A stretch of 64,000 nucleotides of DNA from Eremomyces bilateralis CBS 781.70 (lineage: Eukaryota): NCBI GenBank assembly GCA_010015585.1, contig ML975149.1, one strand, 5' to 3'. Shown here in pieces: positions 48,797 to 62,459 of the stretch (its first letter is position 1; each line of letters starts with the position of its first letter). Made by a program: the position numbers and the translations under genes. The notes beneath the pieces are model-generated. The model was not told the origin of the DNA, made no database searches, and was given only the letters and a program-made list of their open reading frames with translations.

Positions 48797-49436
48797 TTAA
48801 TCGGTACCAGGGGCAGGATCTCGGAGCAAGTCCTCGTTGCTTAAACTCAGGTCCGAGTCCTCCGCGATCATGAGTGCTAGAACATCCAGGATATGCTGAT
48901 TATGAATTAGTCACGGTCCTTGAATCAAGTTGCTGGGCCGGAATGAACCAACCTTTGGTACAGTCTTATTGTAGATATCGATGAGGTCAGTGGTCCTGGG
49001 GTAGACTTTCAGAGCTTTGTAGAAGCATAATGCGGGTTCAATCGGATCCTCAGCTGCAACAATCAGTACGAACCCATAGTACGAATAGGCCAACGGGGAA
49101 GTGAACCCTACCATCTTTGCTCATGATCTCGCCCTTCTGGATCTCCTCCATGAAATACTTCTCCATCTCATCGGGGTCCGCTCGTGGGAACCCTTCCTCC
49201 TTCGCCAACGCCACGGCGGCCTTGATCATCCTCCGTCTGCTCTGCTCCTCCACTTCCGCCTGTTCTTTAGCCGCGCGCTCTTGGTTCTTCGCTTGTCGCT
49301 TCAACTGTTTTCGGAACTCCGGATCGCTGCGTCGCTTGTGGTCGAAGTAGGCGGCGTATAGCACCAGCCCGCTGACGGCGGTGCCCACGGTGAGGGCGAC
49401 GACGGCGCTGGACCGGAGATATGTGGAGGAAGACAT
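48797..49436 (-). CDS. TOM20: Mitochondrial import receptor Tom20
   Basis: [42 protein letters not shown]; two introns. Confidence 0.95.
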
Positions 49437-49798
49437 GTTGATTGGTGAACCCTGCTAGATGATGGTTGTGTGGCGTTGTAATGGAGAAAATATCTTTGGA
49501 GGAGAACGGTGGAGAGATGGAGTTGGTTGGTACTTTATCAAATCTTTATCAAATCGAGGAGCGAATTGATCACTTGAAATTTTGGGAGACAACGGTTAAA
49601 CTGCGGCGGTTTATTTTCGAGCTCGCTCATTGGTCCATTGACCCCCTTCACTGAACGTCACGAAGCTCGGAGCTGCTCTGGAGAACCAGACATCAATGAC
49701 AACACGTACTAATGAGCTGGATAGACGTGTATCAAATCTGAGGATTATATGACTACAGCAATACCAGTGCAGTATAATCTGCTCCAACAACCATAATC

Positions 49799-52052
49799 AT
49801 GTCCGGCCGTGACAAGGCGAGCATATCCCTCCGATCCAGGAATGGCCGCAACAATCGACCCAAGATCTCCGCTCCGCAAGCGATTCCGCAACCCGTTCAG
49901 AAACACCCTTCAGCTACATCCAGCACGACGACTATCAATGTTCCCCCTTCGGAATCTTCAAGGCGACCGTCGGAGTCGTCAAGGCGGCCGTCGGAATCTT
50001 CCAGGCGGCCGTCAGAGTCGTCAAGACGGCCGTCAGCCGCGAGTGGTCGTCCGCCGGGTCCAGATGGTCCAGCCCATCGACCGCAGCAGCGAACAGCAGA
50101 TCGAACAGCAGAGATGGTCAAAAGGAGGTATTCCACAAGATTTGCCCAGGCGCCGGATTTCAGTGGAAGTGCACATCCAATGGTGCCAGCTTTACCACAG
50201 CTAGCGGACAAGTATGCCAGTCGAGATGGGCCCGTTGGCGTGGAGAGCATTGGGGATGAGAAGCGCCTGAAGGTAGATGCGAAGGCATTACGCGACCCCG
50301 GATTCCGGCCAGAGAAGTGTAGGTGTTACAATCTCCAAGTAATATGGATCAAAAGGCTGAACATGACGGTACAGTTGTTGCTATGACCCTCCAAAAAGCG
50401 TCCGCGTCGGATATTCAAGCATTCAAGCAGGAGCTCCTAAAAGTCAAGAACCGCACCTCCACCGATCTACAACACAACGTCTTCCAAAACCGTACCCAAT
50501 TCATCAAGATTTCAAAAGAAGCTGAGGGCGTTAAAGGGGAAATGCGTTCCCTCCGTGGCCTCATCTCCGACCTCACCAGCACCATGCAAGCCACCTCCGT
50601 TGCCGCTGGTAACACCCCTCAAGACTCAGTCGTCTCACGAAAGCAATCCCATCGATCCTCCGTCGCCAACCTCGAAGCCATGTGGAACACCCATCTCCAA
50701 ACCCTCTGGAAGCGCGTAGAAGGCAGCCAGAAATATCTCCCGGCCGTCTCCGGCCGACATATCGTCTACGAGTCCGGGAAATGGGTCGAATTAAACGCCG
50801 CAACCTGGAAGTCGAAGCGCAGAGTTCATATTATCCTCCTCAACGACCATCTCCTCATCGCGATCGAGAAGAAACGACCGGACCCGTCGCAGTTGAGCGA
50901 GCAAAAGCAAAAGCAAGGCCCGCAGTCGCAGGCACAGCATATTGCGCGGTATTGCTGGCCACTCCGCGACGTGTCGCTCGCCGATATATCGATGCGCGGG
51001 GGCACCGGAGGGGCACCAGCCAGCGCGATCAATATCCGGGTGGGAGCCGACTCGTTCACATACGCGACCGGCGCCGGCGATGCGGAGAAGGCAACGCTCC
51101 TCGCCACGTTCCGCAAGACGGCCGAGGACCTGCGGAAGGCGACCGAGACGGAAAACGCCGAGCGCCAGCGGATTCAAGGCCCCGGCGCGACCAGCGACGC
51201 GGAGACAAATTTCCTCGCGGCGCGGGAGATGATGGGCGGGCTGCTCGGGCGTCGAGAGGCCGAGATGTGGTTCCAAGGCTCCGAAGGGTCCGGCACACTG
51301 AGTCTTGGCATCAACATCAACACCATGCTCGAGATCGAGGGGTCGCAGCATTCATTGCGGTCGATCGAGGCGAGTCTGGATGATCTCTCAATCGCAATCG
51401 CGCTGCATCATTTCGAGGAATCGGTGGAAGGGCTGGAGAAACTGCGGCGCTTGGCGAAGGGGATCAAGGGACATGCGATCGCGGCGGAGAGAGTGGGTGC
51501 CGCGGTGGAGGCGCGGGCGGCGAAGTTGGGAGCGGTGTTGGTCAGGCGGTTGATCGAGCGGCACAGCTGGGAGAACACGACGAAGGAGACGGCGGCGTGG
51601 CTGGGGAGGATTGGGTGGGAAGATAGGGCGAGAGAGGCGTATTTGGGGGTGAGAAGCGAGACAATACGGAAACGAGCCAGGTATGTTTCCCCCGATATCT
51701 GCAACTAGATCCATACTAACCGTTCCATAGGCAGTCACCATTTACAGGACACCTCCCGCTCTACATCCACACCCTATCATTCATTTACTTCACCCTCATC
51801 CGCAACACCCTGTCTCTCTTCCATTCCTGCTTCTCCCCCTCTCATGCCAGCGCTGTCGTTCGGTGGGCCAAGATGCATGTTGAAGAGTTCAACGAAATCT
51901 TGACGCGGCAACTGGACAGCGTTGATCCGAGCAGCGAGGTTTACGCGGACTGTCTGGAAAGAGCAAAGAAACATGCAAATATGTTGAGGGAGGTTGGCGT
52001 GGATTGGAGGGGGTTGGTGGGTGGAGAACTAGGGGAGGCCAAGGTGAAGTGA
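49799..52052 (+). CDS. EXO84: Exocyst component Exo84
   Basis: KRRYSTRF, DLQHNVFQNRTQFIKISKE, LWKRVEGSQKYLP, PH domain WVELNAATWK..HIILLNDHLL, AREAYL; two introns. Confidence 0.93.
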
Positions 52053-54607
52053 TGCAACGGTTGCGTCTATTTATTTTGGATGTCTTTCAATTGAGCGTTA
52101 GTAGCATTCGTCCTCAATACATCGTTCAGGGCATTTTGGCCTTGGATAGGATGCGATTCCAACGAACTCCTGGTGTTCTACCGCCATTCTCTAAGACCCT
52201 GAGACTTGCACTGGAGATGTACGCAATGGGGCATGGAAGCGCATCGTTCTTCTTTCTGTGGAAGATCGATCTGCTGCTATGTCCGATCGATTCTCACGCT
52301 GATCAACCGTGAAATCAAGAACGGTACTCGGTACTCGGTAGCATCGCAGAGAGCAGGCGGGCGGGCAAACAACTCTACCGCTGTTGGGACTCAACGCATG
52401 TCATCCAATTATATTTCATTTAAAGCCCTGCGAGCAAACAGTCGGAAATTCCGAACCACATCGACAAGAAATACCCGTGCTCGTGCGGCATGATCCGCAA
52501 CCTGTCACGGATATATTCGATACGGTACCTAAGAGGCGACGGGCGAAGGCGGGCCACGGCCGTCCCACTCCGTACACAATTGCACAATAACGGCGCCTAT
52601 AGGGAAACGTTGGCATGCATAGTATATTGCTTGATATTGGGGCAAGCATACTGATATGACCCATGCCGTCCAGCGACCCGGAGATCGGTAATGGGCCAGC
52701 CATAAGGTCAAGGATCGTGGCCAACCCAATATCGATGGATAGAATCATTGACCCGGTGTACGACCTTTTAAGCAATCTGCGACAACACGCCAAGTACGGT
52801 AGATGAGGTCCGACTGGATCGGGTAGAGGCAATTCTGTAGGGCAATATATCTAAGTTCCTCGAGCATGACGCCGTTTGACGTTGCTAGCAGCTGGATGGG
52901 AGCTCGGGGTCTAGGCCTGAGGCGAGGTTCCTCGATGGTGTAGCCCCATCGTCAGTTATGGCTGGACATTCGAGAGATGGAGGCAACCTAATTGTTCTCA
53001 TTGTCTATTAAATTGATGGAGATATCGAAGTTCATGTATGTATTATTCACTCCCATTTTATCTTCCACTCTCCCTTGTGGTCATCATTCATCAACCACCC
53101 CACCACTGTTTTCGGACAAGCTCTCGCAAACCTCTTGCAACGGCGCGGCTGATCACACTTCTAGACCGTGTCTCAGGTTGATGACAGTCGGATAATCTGA
53201 CGCAAGCCCCTGTCGCACGCAAGCAAAACGACGGGCACGACCCAGGAATTTGAGAAACAGCGTGTGAATCCGCATAGCTTCAACGCGCATCGTTCACGAC
53301 GATTGGGTATGTGCTTGGACGCTAGGATGCCGTCTGAAGTGTTTCGTAATCCCGTCTTTTTGTGCCGCATCATCGACTACTGGTTTCGCGGTTCCCAGGG
53401 GACCAAGAGTCAGACTCGCAGTGGATTGGACAGGCCAGCTAAGTATGTACCTCCGTAACGGATGCAGAGACGTAGTGAACATCTGTTTCGAGAGTAGATC
53501 TGATCCAATGGCGGCGAAGCTGCATCACGCAATATCAATGCGTCTTCTGCATTCACGGATATCCTATGAACTTTGATGAGCTTTCGTATCGAAAACGTCG
53601 CCTGTCACTACCATTTCCTTGTATCTTTTCTTGTGATGGCTGAGATGCTTCATCCCTCTGTAGTCTGTTCACTGGAAATGCACATCCTCGATGGTGCGAC
53701 GCAAGCTCACAGATCTTTGCTCATAGCCTCCACAATTATTCGCGTCCCAGTCCCCTCAGTCTCTCCCAAAGCCGTAATAATGTTCTTGTCACGAGTTAAG
53801 TTGGAGATACAGTGCATCCAATTGGAAGACCCAATCAAGGTCTGACTTTGGTGGCGTTTTTATGCATGGTGGTTTCGCGGCCGAACCAACAGGAGGTCGA
53901 TCCATCAGATGCATCATGCAGCAACTCAGTTAAGAGATAACAGCACACATCAGGCGAGTCTATCCGACAAGTTAAGATAATAATGTCGTGCCCTGGACTG
54001 TTTCCTTTCTTCGCTTCCTTTCCGAACCTTCACGACCTCGTAAGTTGCTGGCTCAGTTGGTCTTTTCTTTTAATTATCTATATCCGCTGTTTACTTTTCG
54101 CTTCTTTTCCTCAAAAGGAGTTTCACTCCTTCTTTCTATCGCAGACATACTATTGTAATTTTTGAATTCTTCTTCAGCCATCAATGGACCCGGCCTTGCA
54201 ATTGTCTAGAGCCGGCCAAATGCAACCCGCCCATGTCATTGTCAATGCACCCTAGTAACATCGAAATGTCGAGCCGCAACTTACATCCCACCTATTATCA
54301 TTTGAAGCTTCCAGTCGTCTACAAGCTCCCTCTACTTCCAGGTTTTAAGACTTCAGCAGGTATGTTAGGATTGTCTTCTCTTACTGTCCCAGTCTGTCCC
54401 TTCCAGTCATAGTTGCGCTATACCCCTCCTATTAGAACTTCAAGAGCTTCAAAGTGGTGCACAAAGTTACACGATCTTATCGCGACGGAGTGCTGAATAT
54501 GGCACGGAGATTAAGTCCGGACTCTAAAAGGATCTCAATCTTAGCTACCATCTAGGATTGTCAATATCATATAACGGTTTTCAGAAGGCTAACATTACTA
54601 CCATCAG

Positions 54608-55848
54608 CCTTCCTTACCTCTTTGTCCGCGAACCTTCGTCTTCCTGATGACGACTTCCTATCTTCGACAGCCACTGGCATTCCGTTCCACCCATTCGGCG
54701 CTTTAGCCCACGACGTAGCGTATATTTCTCCCTCCTTATTGTCTTCCACGACATTACCCTCCTCACCTTCCTCGCTTTCATCCGGTACTCTATCCTCCGC
54801 AAGCTCGGTATCAGGCGACAACCACCCACCACGACGTCGCCGAAGAGCCGGCAGCGCAGGTTCCGGGCATGGTTCGCGACGTAACAGCCATGGAAGCCTC
54901 AATGTGATCTGGCACACCCTCAAGAAATCCTCCTCGTCCCCAGCCGGCCTCTCCTTTCTGCAGACCCCCCTGAACCCCACGCGAATCGCCTCTTCATCCT
55001 ACCCACCAGTTTCCCCCCCCCATATCCCAACCTCAAGCACCACCACCGATGCCGCACTCTCCCTGCTCGGTTCTACCATTCTCTCCCAACGCGCCGCAGC
55101 AACGCGAATCTTACTTCTACATCCTCTTAATATCACCATTTTCTCCTTACCCCTATTCCTCGCCCTCCACATCCTACACTACGTCGGCTCCACCGCCTCC
55201 ACGCTCTTCTCGACTTTCCTCCTCTCGATCGCCGCCGCCGTCGCCACTGCCTGGCTGATGACCCGTGGCTACTCCACCGCCGCCACCTCGTTCCGCTCGT
55301 CCGCCGACGCCTGGCTTGGCGACGACGCGCTCTTCGTGTCTACCAATCACTGGGGCCAGGTTGTCGGTGCCGCCGTTGTGTGCTGGGTGTCGGATACGCC
55401 GGCTTCGCGACCGGGGAGTAGTCACGGACATGCGCACTCCTGGTCGTCTGCGTCGAACGGGAGCAGCAGCGGGAAAGGGACGGGCGGGGGGAAGCGTCGG
55501 AGGAAGGTTGGGAGGGGGGAGATCCGTGCTTGGGCGGTGGCGGAGGAGTGGAGAGGGCGGGGAGTAGGGAGGGGGTTGTTGGCTGGGGTGGCGGAGTGGG
55601 TGGAAGGGAAGGGTGGGGTTAGGGTGGAGTTTGCGGAGGAGCACTTCGGTATGTTCTACTTATTGTCTACGATGGGTGTAGCTATGTGGTTCGAGGGCTA
55701 ACGATTGTTTGATACAGCAAGCCAACGAGTCCTTCCTCAGTATTACGATACACCTTTCGAACGCCGCGATCAACGAGCATATACCGCTTTGCAGCATGTT
55801 CTGGATGACGGAGGCTATTTCGTGAAGAGAAGGAGCTTCGGCCGTTGA
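54608..55848 (+). CDS. GNAT-like acetyltransferase-domain protein (5' exon not resolved)
   Basis: AALSLLGSTILSQR, TM segments, GEIRAWAV..EWRGRGVGRGLL acetyl-CoA motif; intron about 55648-55717; SQRVLP..F.RR tail. Confidence 0.7.
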
Positions 55849-56166
55849 TGAATGATGTTATGACTTTGTTTTTTGACGATTTTATGGTTGGATTGATACC
55901 CACTGGACGACATTCACTGCCTGGACGAAGGACTTTCACTATGTTGGTGATGAGCGAAATGCTACTACTTGAATGATTTAAGCGTTGGCTTCAACGATAC
56001 CCCGTTACATAGGACGATGAATATTTGAGCTACGGGCACGCTATACGGAGACCTCAATATATCATGATATGACGCTTTTGTACGAATGAGTTCTTGGCGA
56101 TCGCTGAAACTAGACTCACGATTGGAGAATGGAATTGTGATGTCCGAAAACCTATTACAAATAATA

Positions 56167-57693
56167 TTAAGGTATCAATCTCCCAGTCTCCCCATTGTTA
56201 TCACCGCCCCCTGACATCCCATCTTCCCTCCCTTCCCACCATCCAGTCCAGTTGAACCGCAACGCTTCATCCCCCCAAGCCCACCAGCCCGCCGTTGTAT
56301 TCCTCGCAAAGATCTCCATGGCATTATACTCGCCATCCCCCGCACCATTCAGCAACCAGCGCTCCACCAAGCGCTTCAGGTTCGGTTTCCTCGAATGCAC
56401 ATCCGGCACAGCGAGTAAGGTCCTCCTCCGCACTTCCTGCCCACCCTTCTCCGCATCTTCCGAGCCCGTCACAACCTGGCCGATCAGAAGACATTCATAC
56501 GGGCGTCTCCACGCGCCGTCCTCTGTGGTATCGGAACTTCGATTCATATCTGGCGAGGAAGTTCGGGGGGGTGGGGCAATGGCATACTCTCCAGAGACGG
56601 TCATTTTGACCCAGACCCATTCCTCAAACCATCGGATGCCTAGCGAGTGGAAGAATCCGCCGTCGTCGAGGATCGCGGAGCGCACGGTGGGCTTGTTGGT
56701 GATCCATACGGCGATGTAGCCGTTCGGGCTGATTAGCTGCTCTAAGCCGATGTCGTCGATGATCGACGTGACGGACTCTAAGCAATATATGTGATGATTG
56801 CTCTGCGGTGGTGCATGCGACGTTCCTCTACCTCTTGATTTCTTGGAGCTGTTGTTGCTCTGGGATTGGTAGGATTTTGCCCGGCGGGCACTGGCGTTCG
56901 GCCATGGTGGGTCGAGGAGGATGAAATCGAAATTTCGTTGGCCAGATCGAGGGGAAGGGGATAGGTGGTTGCGGGTGGCGTGGGATAGGAGAGGGCGGTT
57001 TGGGATGGTGGAGAGGAGGGCAACGGATTTTGGTGGAACGAAGAAGGGGGTCGGGGGGAGCGTGGGGTTTAAAGAGAAATAGCTCTTCAGCAGTTCGGAT
57101 TTATCATCCGCCACGGGTAGGAGGAGTAGGGAGGGTTTGGATGATGGATTGGCTATGATTTGCTCATATGACTGAGGTTGAGCTTCCTCAGAAGGTTCTA
57201 TCAACGGCCTCAGAACGAAGGAGTACTCAGAAGACGCGGAGAATAATGTTGTCTTCTCGGCTTTTCCTCCGCTTAATGTAGACCAGTAAGTGTGATCAGG
57301 TTCAGTCAGAGAATCTTCATCCCCTTTCGACGAAGCTCTCCGCTTTTTGGATGCGATGGCCCGAGGGAGGCACCAATCTCCCGAATGGGTTTTTCGCACT
57401 TCATGCACTGCTTTTTCAATCCGTGGCCAGAGCTCCCGATGTACATCGGGATCGGACGTGTTGCCGGTCAACTTTCTCCTCTTCGCTGGCGAACCAGCTA
57501 CTTGGGAAGGAAACGGACGCGGTAAAGGCTCACTTGATAACAGGCGTTTGCGGATCGGGTGGCTAAAGATATCTTGACCTTTTGCTATCGATGTAGGAAT
57601 GTCCATGAGGGCAATAGAATGGTCATCAGCCTCATAGAGAATTGGGCTAGTTCCATGCTCTTCCATATTTTGCTGCATTGCAGGCTCGCTCAT
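56167..57693 (-). CDS. MT-A70 family N6-adenine methyltransferase (METTL4-like)
   Basis: FDFILLDPPWPNASARR, AVWITNK, EEWVWVK, RRPYE, HSRKP, EIFARN..GWWAWGDE. Confidence 0.9.
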   Translation of the reverse strand: MSEPAMQQNMEEHGTSPILYEADDHSIALMDIPTSIAKGQDIFSHPIRKRLLSSEPLPRPFPSQVAGSPAKRRKLTGNTSDPDVHRELWPRIEKAVHEVRKTHSGDWCLPRAIASKKRRASSKGDEDSLTEPDHTYWSTLSGGKAEKTTLFSASSEYSFVLRPLIEPSEEAQPQSYEQIIANPSSKPSLLLLPVADDKSELLKSYFSLNPTLPPTPFFVPPKSVALLSTIPNRPLLSHATRNHLSPSPRSGQRNFDFILLDPPWPNASARRAKSYQSQSNNSSKKSRGRGTSHAPPQSNHHIYCLESVTSIIDDIGLEQLISPNGYIAVWITNKPTVRSAILDDGGFFHSLGIRWFEEWVWVKMTVSGEYAIAPPPRTSSPDMNRSSDTTEDGAWRRPYECLLIGQVVTGSEDAEKGGQEVRRRTLLAVPDVHSRKPNLKRLVERWLLNGAGDGEYNAMEIFARNTTAGWWAWGDEALRFNWTGWWEGREDGMSGGGDNNGETGRLIP

Positions 57694-58687
57694 GTCAAAT
57701 GGATTAGCACCAGAGCCTAAAGAATGTTGTGTGTTGTCCAACACCCCTTGATAAACTCAGAAGAGAGAAATGATTGAGTGAGAAGAATGTCAGATCTGAC
57801 ATCAGAAAAAAACGTGAGACAAGTTGATCACAGTCCAGACATTTTGCAGCCCTCCCGACAGCACTAGAGGTGGGATACCCTGAGTTTCTCAAGGCGAGCC
57901 GGATTCTATTCTATCCGAGGACAGTCTAATGCTTGAGAGGGATATTTTGATTCCAGATGTCGACTGCATGAATGTTCTCTGTCCGGTTTACAGCAAATTA
58001 TTCTATGACTGTGGCTGTGCCGATATTCCATCCTGTCAGGTTCTACCTGATCGTACAACACGGAATACTGACACGGCTGTTAACCGCTGATCTTCTGGCC
58101 AGGATGGTGGTCTATCAGCATGCCCGAATGGACGTTATTATTACCCGTATGGAATACTATACTACTATCTATATTTCTCTTATTTACTCTGTTCACGTTC
58201 TTATTCACAGAAATCTTCTATCTTTCTATACGAAGCTCCGTTGAACCGACATCGTCTGGGGCTCTGGGGATATCAAAGGAATATTATTATATCCGTATCA
58301 ATCCCGAAATCGGGTCGATCCCGTACCCGAGGTCTTCAACAAGTGACTTCTTACTGGCTGAAATTCCAACCAGCGCAAACCGCGAGTCCGTGAGCCCTTG
58401 CACGATTTCTCCAACCAAGCAAGCCAGACATCGTTGACGTCTGTGTCTCGTGCCGCGTGCCTGTGCGGATTTCTGTTCCTTGTTGTCGTTTTACCATCAT
58501 ATTTTTTGCACAACTCGAACCCCTCCATTTCCCTAGACCCTCTGGGAGACATATTGGCATTATTCCATTCCATCAACTATCCTTCCCCAATGGCACGATA
58601 ACAATCCGTCCGTTCAACTATCTGTGAGAGTCCCGGTTGCACACGACCCCAGATCCGACGGATCTCCACACCCCAATACGCACGGGC

Positions 58688-60076
58688 ATGAACGACTCCC
58701 TCTCCCGCAACCCCGATGCCGTCCAGCAACAGGTGAACTCCGGCGCTGGCTTCCATGAACCACATCGGCTGCATCCATCCCCTCGACTCAATATGCCGTC
58801 GTCTGCCTCACAGCAAGCAACGACGGCATCGTCTTCCTCCATCTCTCCCGGCCTCCAGAGATCCGACAGACGGAGTCCCCGAAATGAGCCGGGCATCTGT
58901 CCCACCGACGACGATGCCATTGTGCCCAAGGGAACGGCAACGGAGAAGAGAAAGAATAAACAGAGTTGGGACTATGTCGTTAAGAGCGGGATTGCGGGGG
59001 GTATAGCAGGATGTGCGGTATGGCGACTTTTTTAACATATGAATTGTATAAGTGAGGATCCTAACAGAGTGGAATGGCAGGCGAAAACGCTCGTAGGACC
59101 CCTCGATCGAGTCAAAATCCTCTTCCAAGCCTCGAATCCTCTATTCCGAAAATACACAGGCTCATGGTATGGTGTACTGGAGGCCATGAGAGACATCAAC
59201 CGTAAAGATGGCATGCGGGGTCTATTCCGTGGCCACTCAGCCACCCTCCTCCGCATATTTCCATACGCCGGAATCAAGTTCCTCGCATACGAGCAGATCC
59301 GCGCCGTCGTAATCAAAAACAAGTCCCAAGAAACCCATGTCCGCCGGTTCCTTAGCGGCTCCCTAGCTGGCTGCTGCTCTGTCTTCGTCACCTACCCCCT
59401 CGAAGTCATCCGCGTCCGCCTCGCCTTCGAAACCAAAAGCACCGGCCGCTCCACCCTCACCACCATCATCCGCCAAATCTACTCCGAACACCCCCGCCCC
59501 GCCGCCCACTCCTCCGTCCTCTCCGCCTCTGCCCACGCCCGCCCCAATCCCTCCTCCACCGCCGCCAACGTCGCCCACGTCCTCTCCGACGCCACCGCCC
59601 AGCTCTCCCCACAGAAAGGTCTCTCTAACTTCTATCGCGGCTTCTCCGCCACCCTCGCCGGCATGTTGCCTTACGCCGGTTCCTCGTTCCTCACTCACGA
59701 CGGCGTCTCCGATCTGATGCGCCATCCGAAAATCGCGGAGTACACCACGCTTCTGCATTCGCAGGGGTCATTGCGCGACCCCGACAAGCCGGCGCAGTTG
59801 AAGTACTGGGCCGAGCTGGCGAGCGGGGGTGTTGCAGGGTTCGTGAGCCAGACGGTGTCGTATCCGCTGGAGGTGATCCGGCGACGGATGCAGGTGGGCG
59901 GGGTGGTTGGCGACGGGCGCCGACTGAAGATCGCGGAGACGGCGGCGCAGATCTTTCGGGAGAGGGGGTGGAGGGGGTTTTACGTTGGGCTGGGAATCGG
60001 GTATGTGAAGGTGATTCCGATGGCGGCGACGAGCTTCTACGTTTACGAGCGGATGAAATGGCATCTTGGGATTTGA
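58688..60076 (+). CDS. LEU5: Mitochondrial carrier, CoA transporter (Leu5/SLC25A16-42 type)
   Basis: DYVVKSGIAGGIAGC/AKTLVGPLDRVKILFQ, GHSATLLRIFPYAGIKFLAYEQ, YPLEVIRRRMQV; intron 59018-59080. Confidence 0.9.
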
Positions 60077-60539
60077 AAGATGGGACGCGGTTGGATACTG
60101 GATGTGTCCGCTGGTTATGCATTTCTACAGGAGTCCAGCCTAGACGTCGTAGGTGGTTTGGTTCTTTTGAGCATGGCGCATTTTATCTCTGGGTTGTTGC
60201 TTGAGCAGCCTCTCGTGGTCTTACGGCTACTTGCAGAGCTACGGCGAAGGGCCCAGAGAAAGGAGTTGGTTGGCCTTGAATGACGGAAAGGGGTGTCGTT
60301 GAGCCGAGGGCTGAAGCAGTTCTCCCAGGAACATATTAACATGTCAAACCGCATTTATGGATAAATACACCTATACATAGGCCGTAGATCGCCCCAGGGA
60401 AGAGGAGATAGAGGAAAGCAAATCCTAGAAGACTTTCATAAATCACTGATCACAACCTACATGAAGAGCATCTGCCTTCCACTCGCATCTACATGAACTT
60501 CCGGTTCACTCACTTCCTGTCTTCTCACGCCCACCGTTC

Positions 60540-61810
60540 TTCACTCCCACCGTACCGTTCTCCACCCCTCGCCGTTCTTCTCACTTCTGCGGTATTGAAG
60601 TAATAGTACTAATGAATTAGAAATGACCACATCTCTTTCATTTCGGATAGTATCTGCCGTCGACCTCAATGGCTGCAGTGCCACATGCACACCATCCTTA
60701 GTTGCGCTTCCCAGATGATCTGTAAACTCCACCATCCCTGATAACTGTTCCTCTGGGTTCGGGAGTGCACGAACATAATCCCCAAGGTTCCCTAGAGTAT
60801 ACCAGCCTTCGAGGACACCCTTCATAACTTCCTAGTGTGACACTTCCAGGTTGTCTATGTTAGCTCCACAAACGTCACATGGCGTCGCACGGCTTCAGAC
60901 AACGGGTATGGGGTTAGATCACCAGTCGTCGCCCAAGGGAGGTACTCGTATTTGGCCTACCAAATGGTTTAAGGTCTTCCCCTTCTGGAATCATCTCTCG
61001 AGAAAGGCACCGATATGTGCGGACTCCCGTTATGTACGGGTAAGTGGCGCCAGGAGTAGTGGCCGTAGGATGTTATGTCCCTTCTGGGAGAGGTTAGAAA
61101 GGCTATTGGAGGCCATATGTGATGAGGGTTCGCCACTTCTGTCGCTCTTTTTTGTCGGCCTGGATTGGCGCCGGCTCTCTTCGTTAGTCCTTATCATACC
61201 ATCCGCCTTGAGCCTTTAGCCGGCCATGCTGAATGCCGTGCTTCAAGATGTTGCTTTCTTTGACGTGGTGGCATAAGTGTGCCATATGCTTGTACGATTT
61301 AGAACCAGGGGAACAATATAGGCATTTCCGTGTCCCGTTTGCAGCTTTCTGGTGTGATAATTCCCGGAGCCATTTCCTTTATGGCATGTGCACATCGGTA
61401 GGCGAAAAAGGTAGGTTTGCAGACGAACTGGTGGCGGTTTTGATATACCCCTTCAGAATGTTTCCTTCTTTGATCCAAGCCAACTTGTTGAAGTTGCCAG
61501 TTTCAGTCACTTGAGATTCTTGCAGGTGTACAGCCGCAGAAATACTCGCAATTAGACATTGTGATCAGTAGGCGGCGAATCGGTCTCCATGTTTCTTGAA
61601 GTATCGGTACCGAGTCATGGTTTGCTTATTGACCTTGCGATCAGCCGCTTCCCGATCTTTAAGAAGCGTTAGCCAAGTGGCCTCTCGCTTCCCTTCTAGG
61701 ATTCTCGACGTCTAAGTATGGGCGGAAAGGGTTCCTCGAATACCTTTCTTTCGTTTAGCCGGAGTCTTTGGCGACTTTACTATGGTGTCGGCCTTATCCA
61801 GTCGCATCGT
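60540..61810 (-). pseudogene. Degenerate ORF with zinc-finger-like motifs, possibly transposon-associated
   Basis: Broken frames contain KCLYCSPGSKSYKHMAHLCHH and PCDVCGANIDNLEVSH; many stops. Confidence 0.3.
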
Positions 61811-62459
61811 CCTACGCTAAGGGAGAAATGAGTAAGCAAAGTCGAATGCGTACCTCGAAGTTTATTGCGCAGCGTAGCGAAGCAGTTTAAAATCCAACTG
61901 GGGCTCCTTTTCCAAAAAAAAAAGATACACGCTCATTGGTCAGTAGAAAACCCTCTGTGATTGGTCCCAAAATTTACTTGGCAAAATGATTGGCTGACAA
62001 AAACGTCCGGAAAGTTCCGTGTCCCTCTGATCCTTGGCAAAATGATTGGCTGAAAAGTTATTTCATCTCGGAACTCTGTGGACTTCGTCGTTGCCGCCGT
62101 CGCTGGGACCTGCGATCTCGTTAACTACATGAGCACCTTTTCACTAGTCTCACGGCATCAGACATATCCTACATCCGATTTCAATAGGAAAACAGCAGAT
62201 TAGAATGTATATAGGCTTCTGCATATAGGCTTCTACATTCTAGGGGGTTGTTAGGGGAAGTGGGACATAGCATTGTAAGGTATAGACAATTCGACACTAT
62301 AGAGCAGTCGAGTCTCACGGACAACGTCAATAGAAAAAAGTAAAGAAAAGGAAAGCAAGATCCTCAAGACATCTCCAGGCATCGTCTATGTTCTTATACC
62401 GGCCGACAGTCCTGAAATCATCTACACAGACACTCGTTGCCTTCATCGTGTACGAAACC

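Noticed and set aside
52100..54200. Short ORFs in the EXO84-GNAT interval
   Set aside because: No motifs or consistent splice structure; treated as intergenic.
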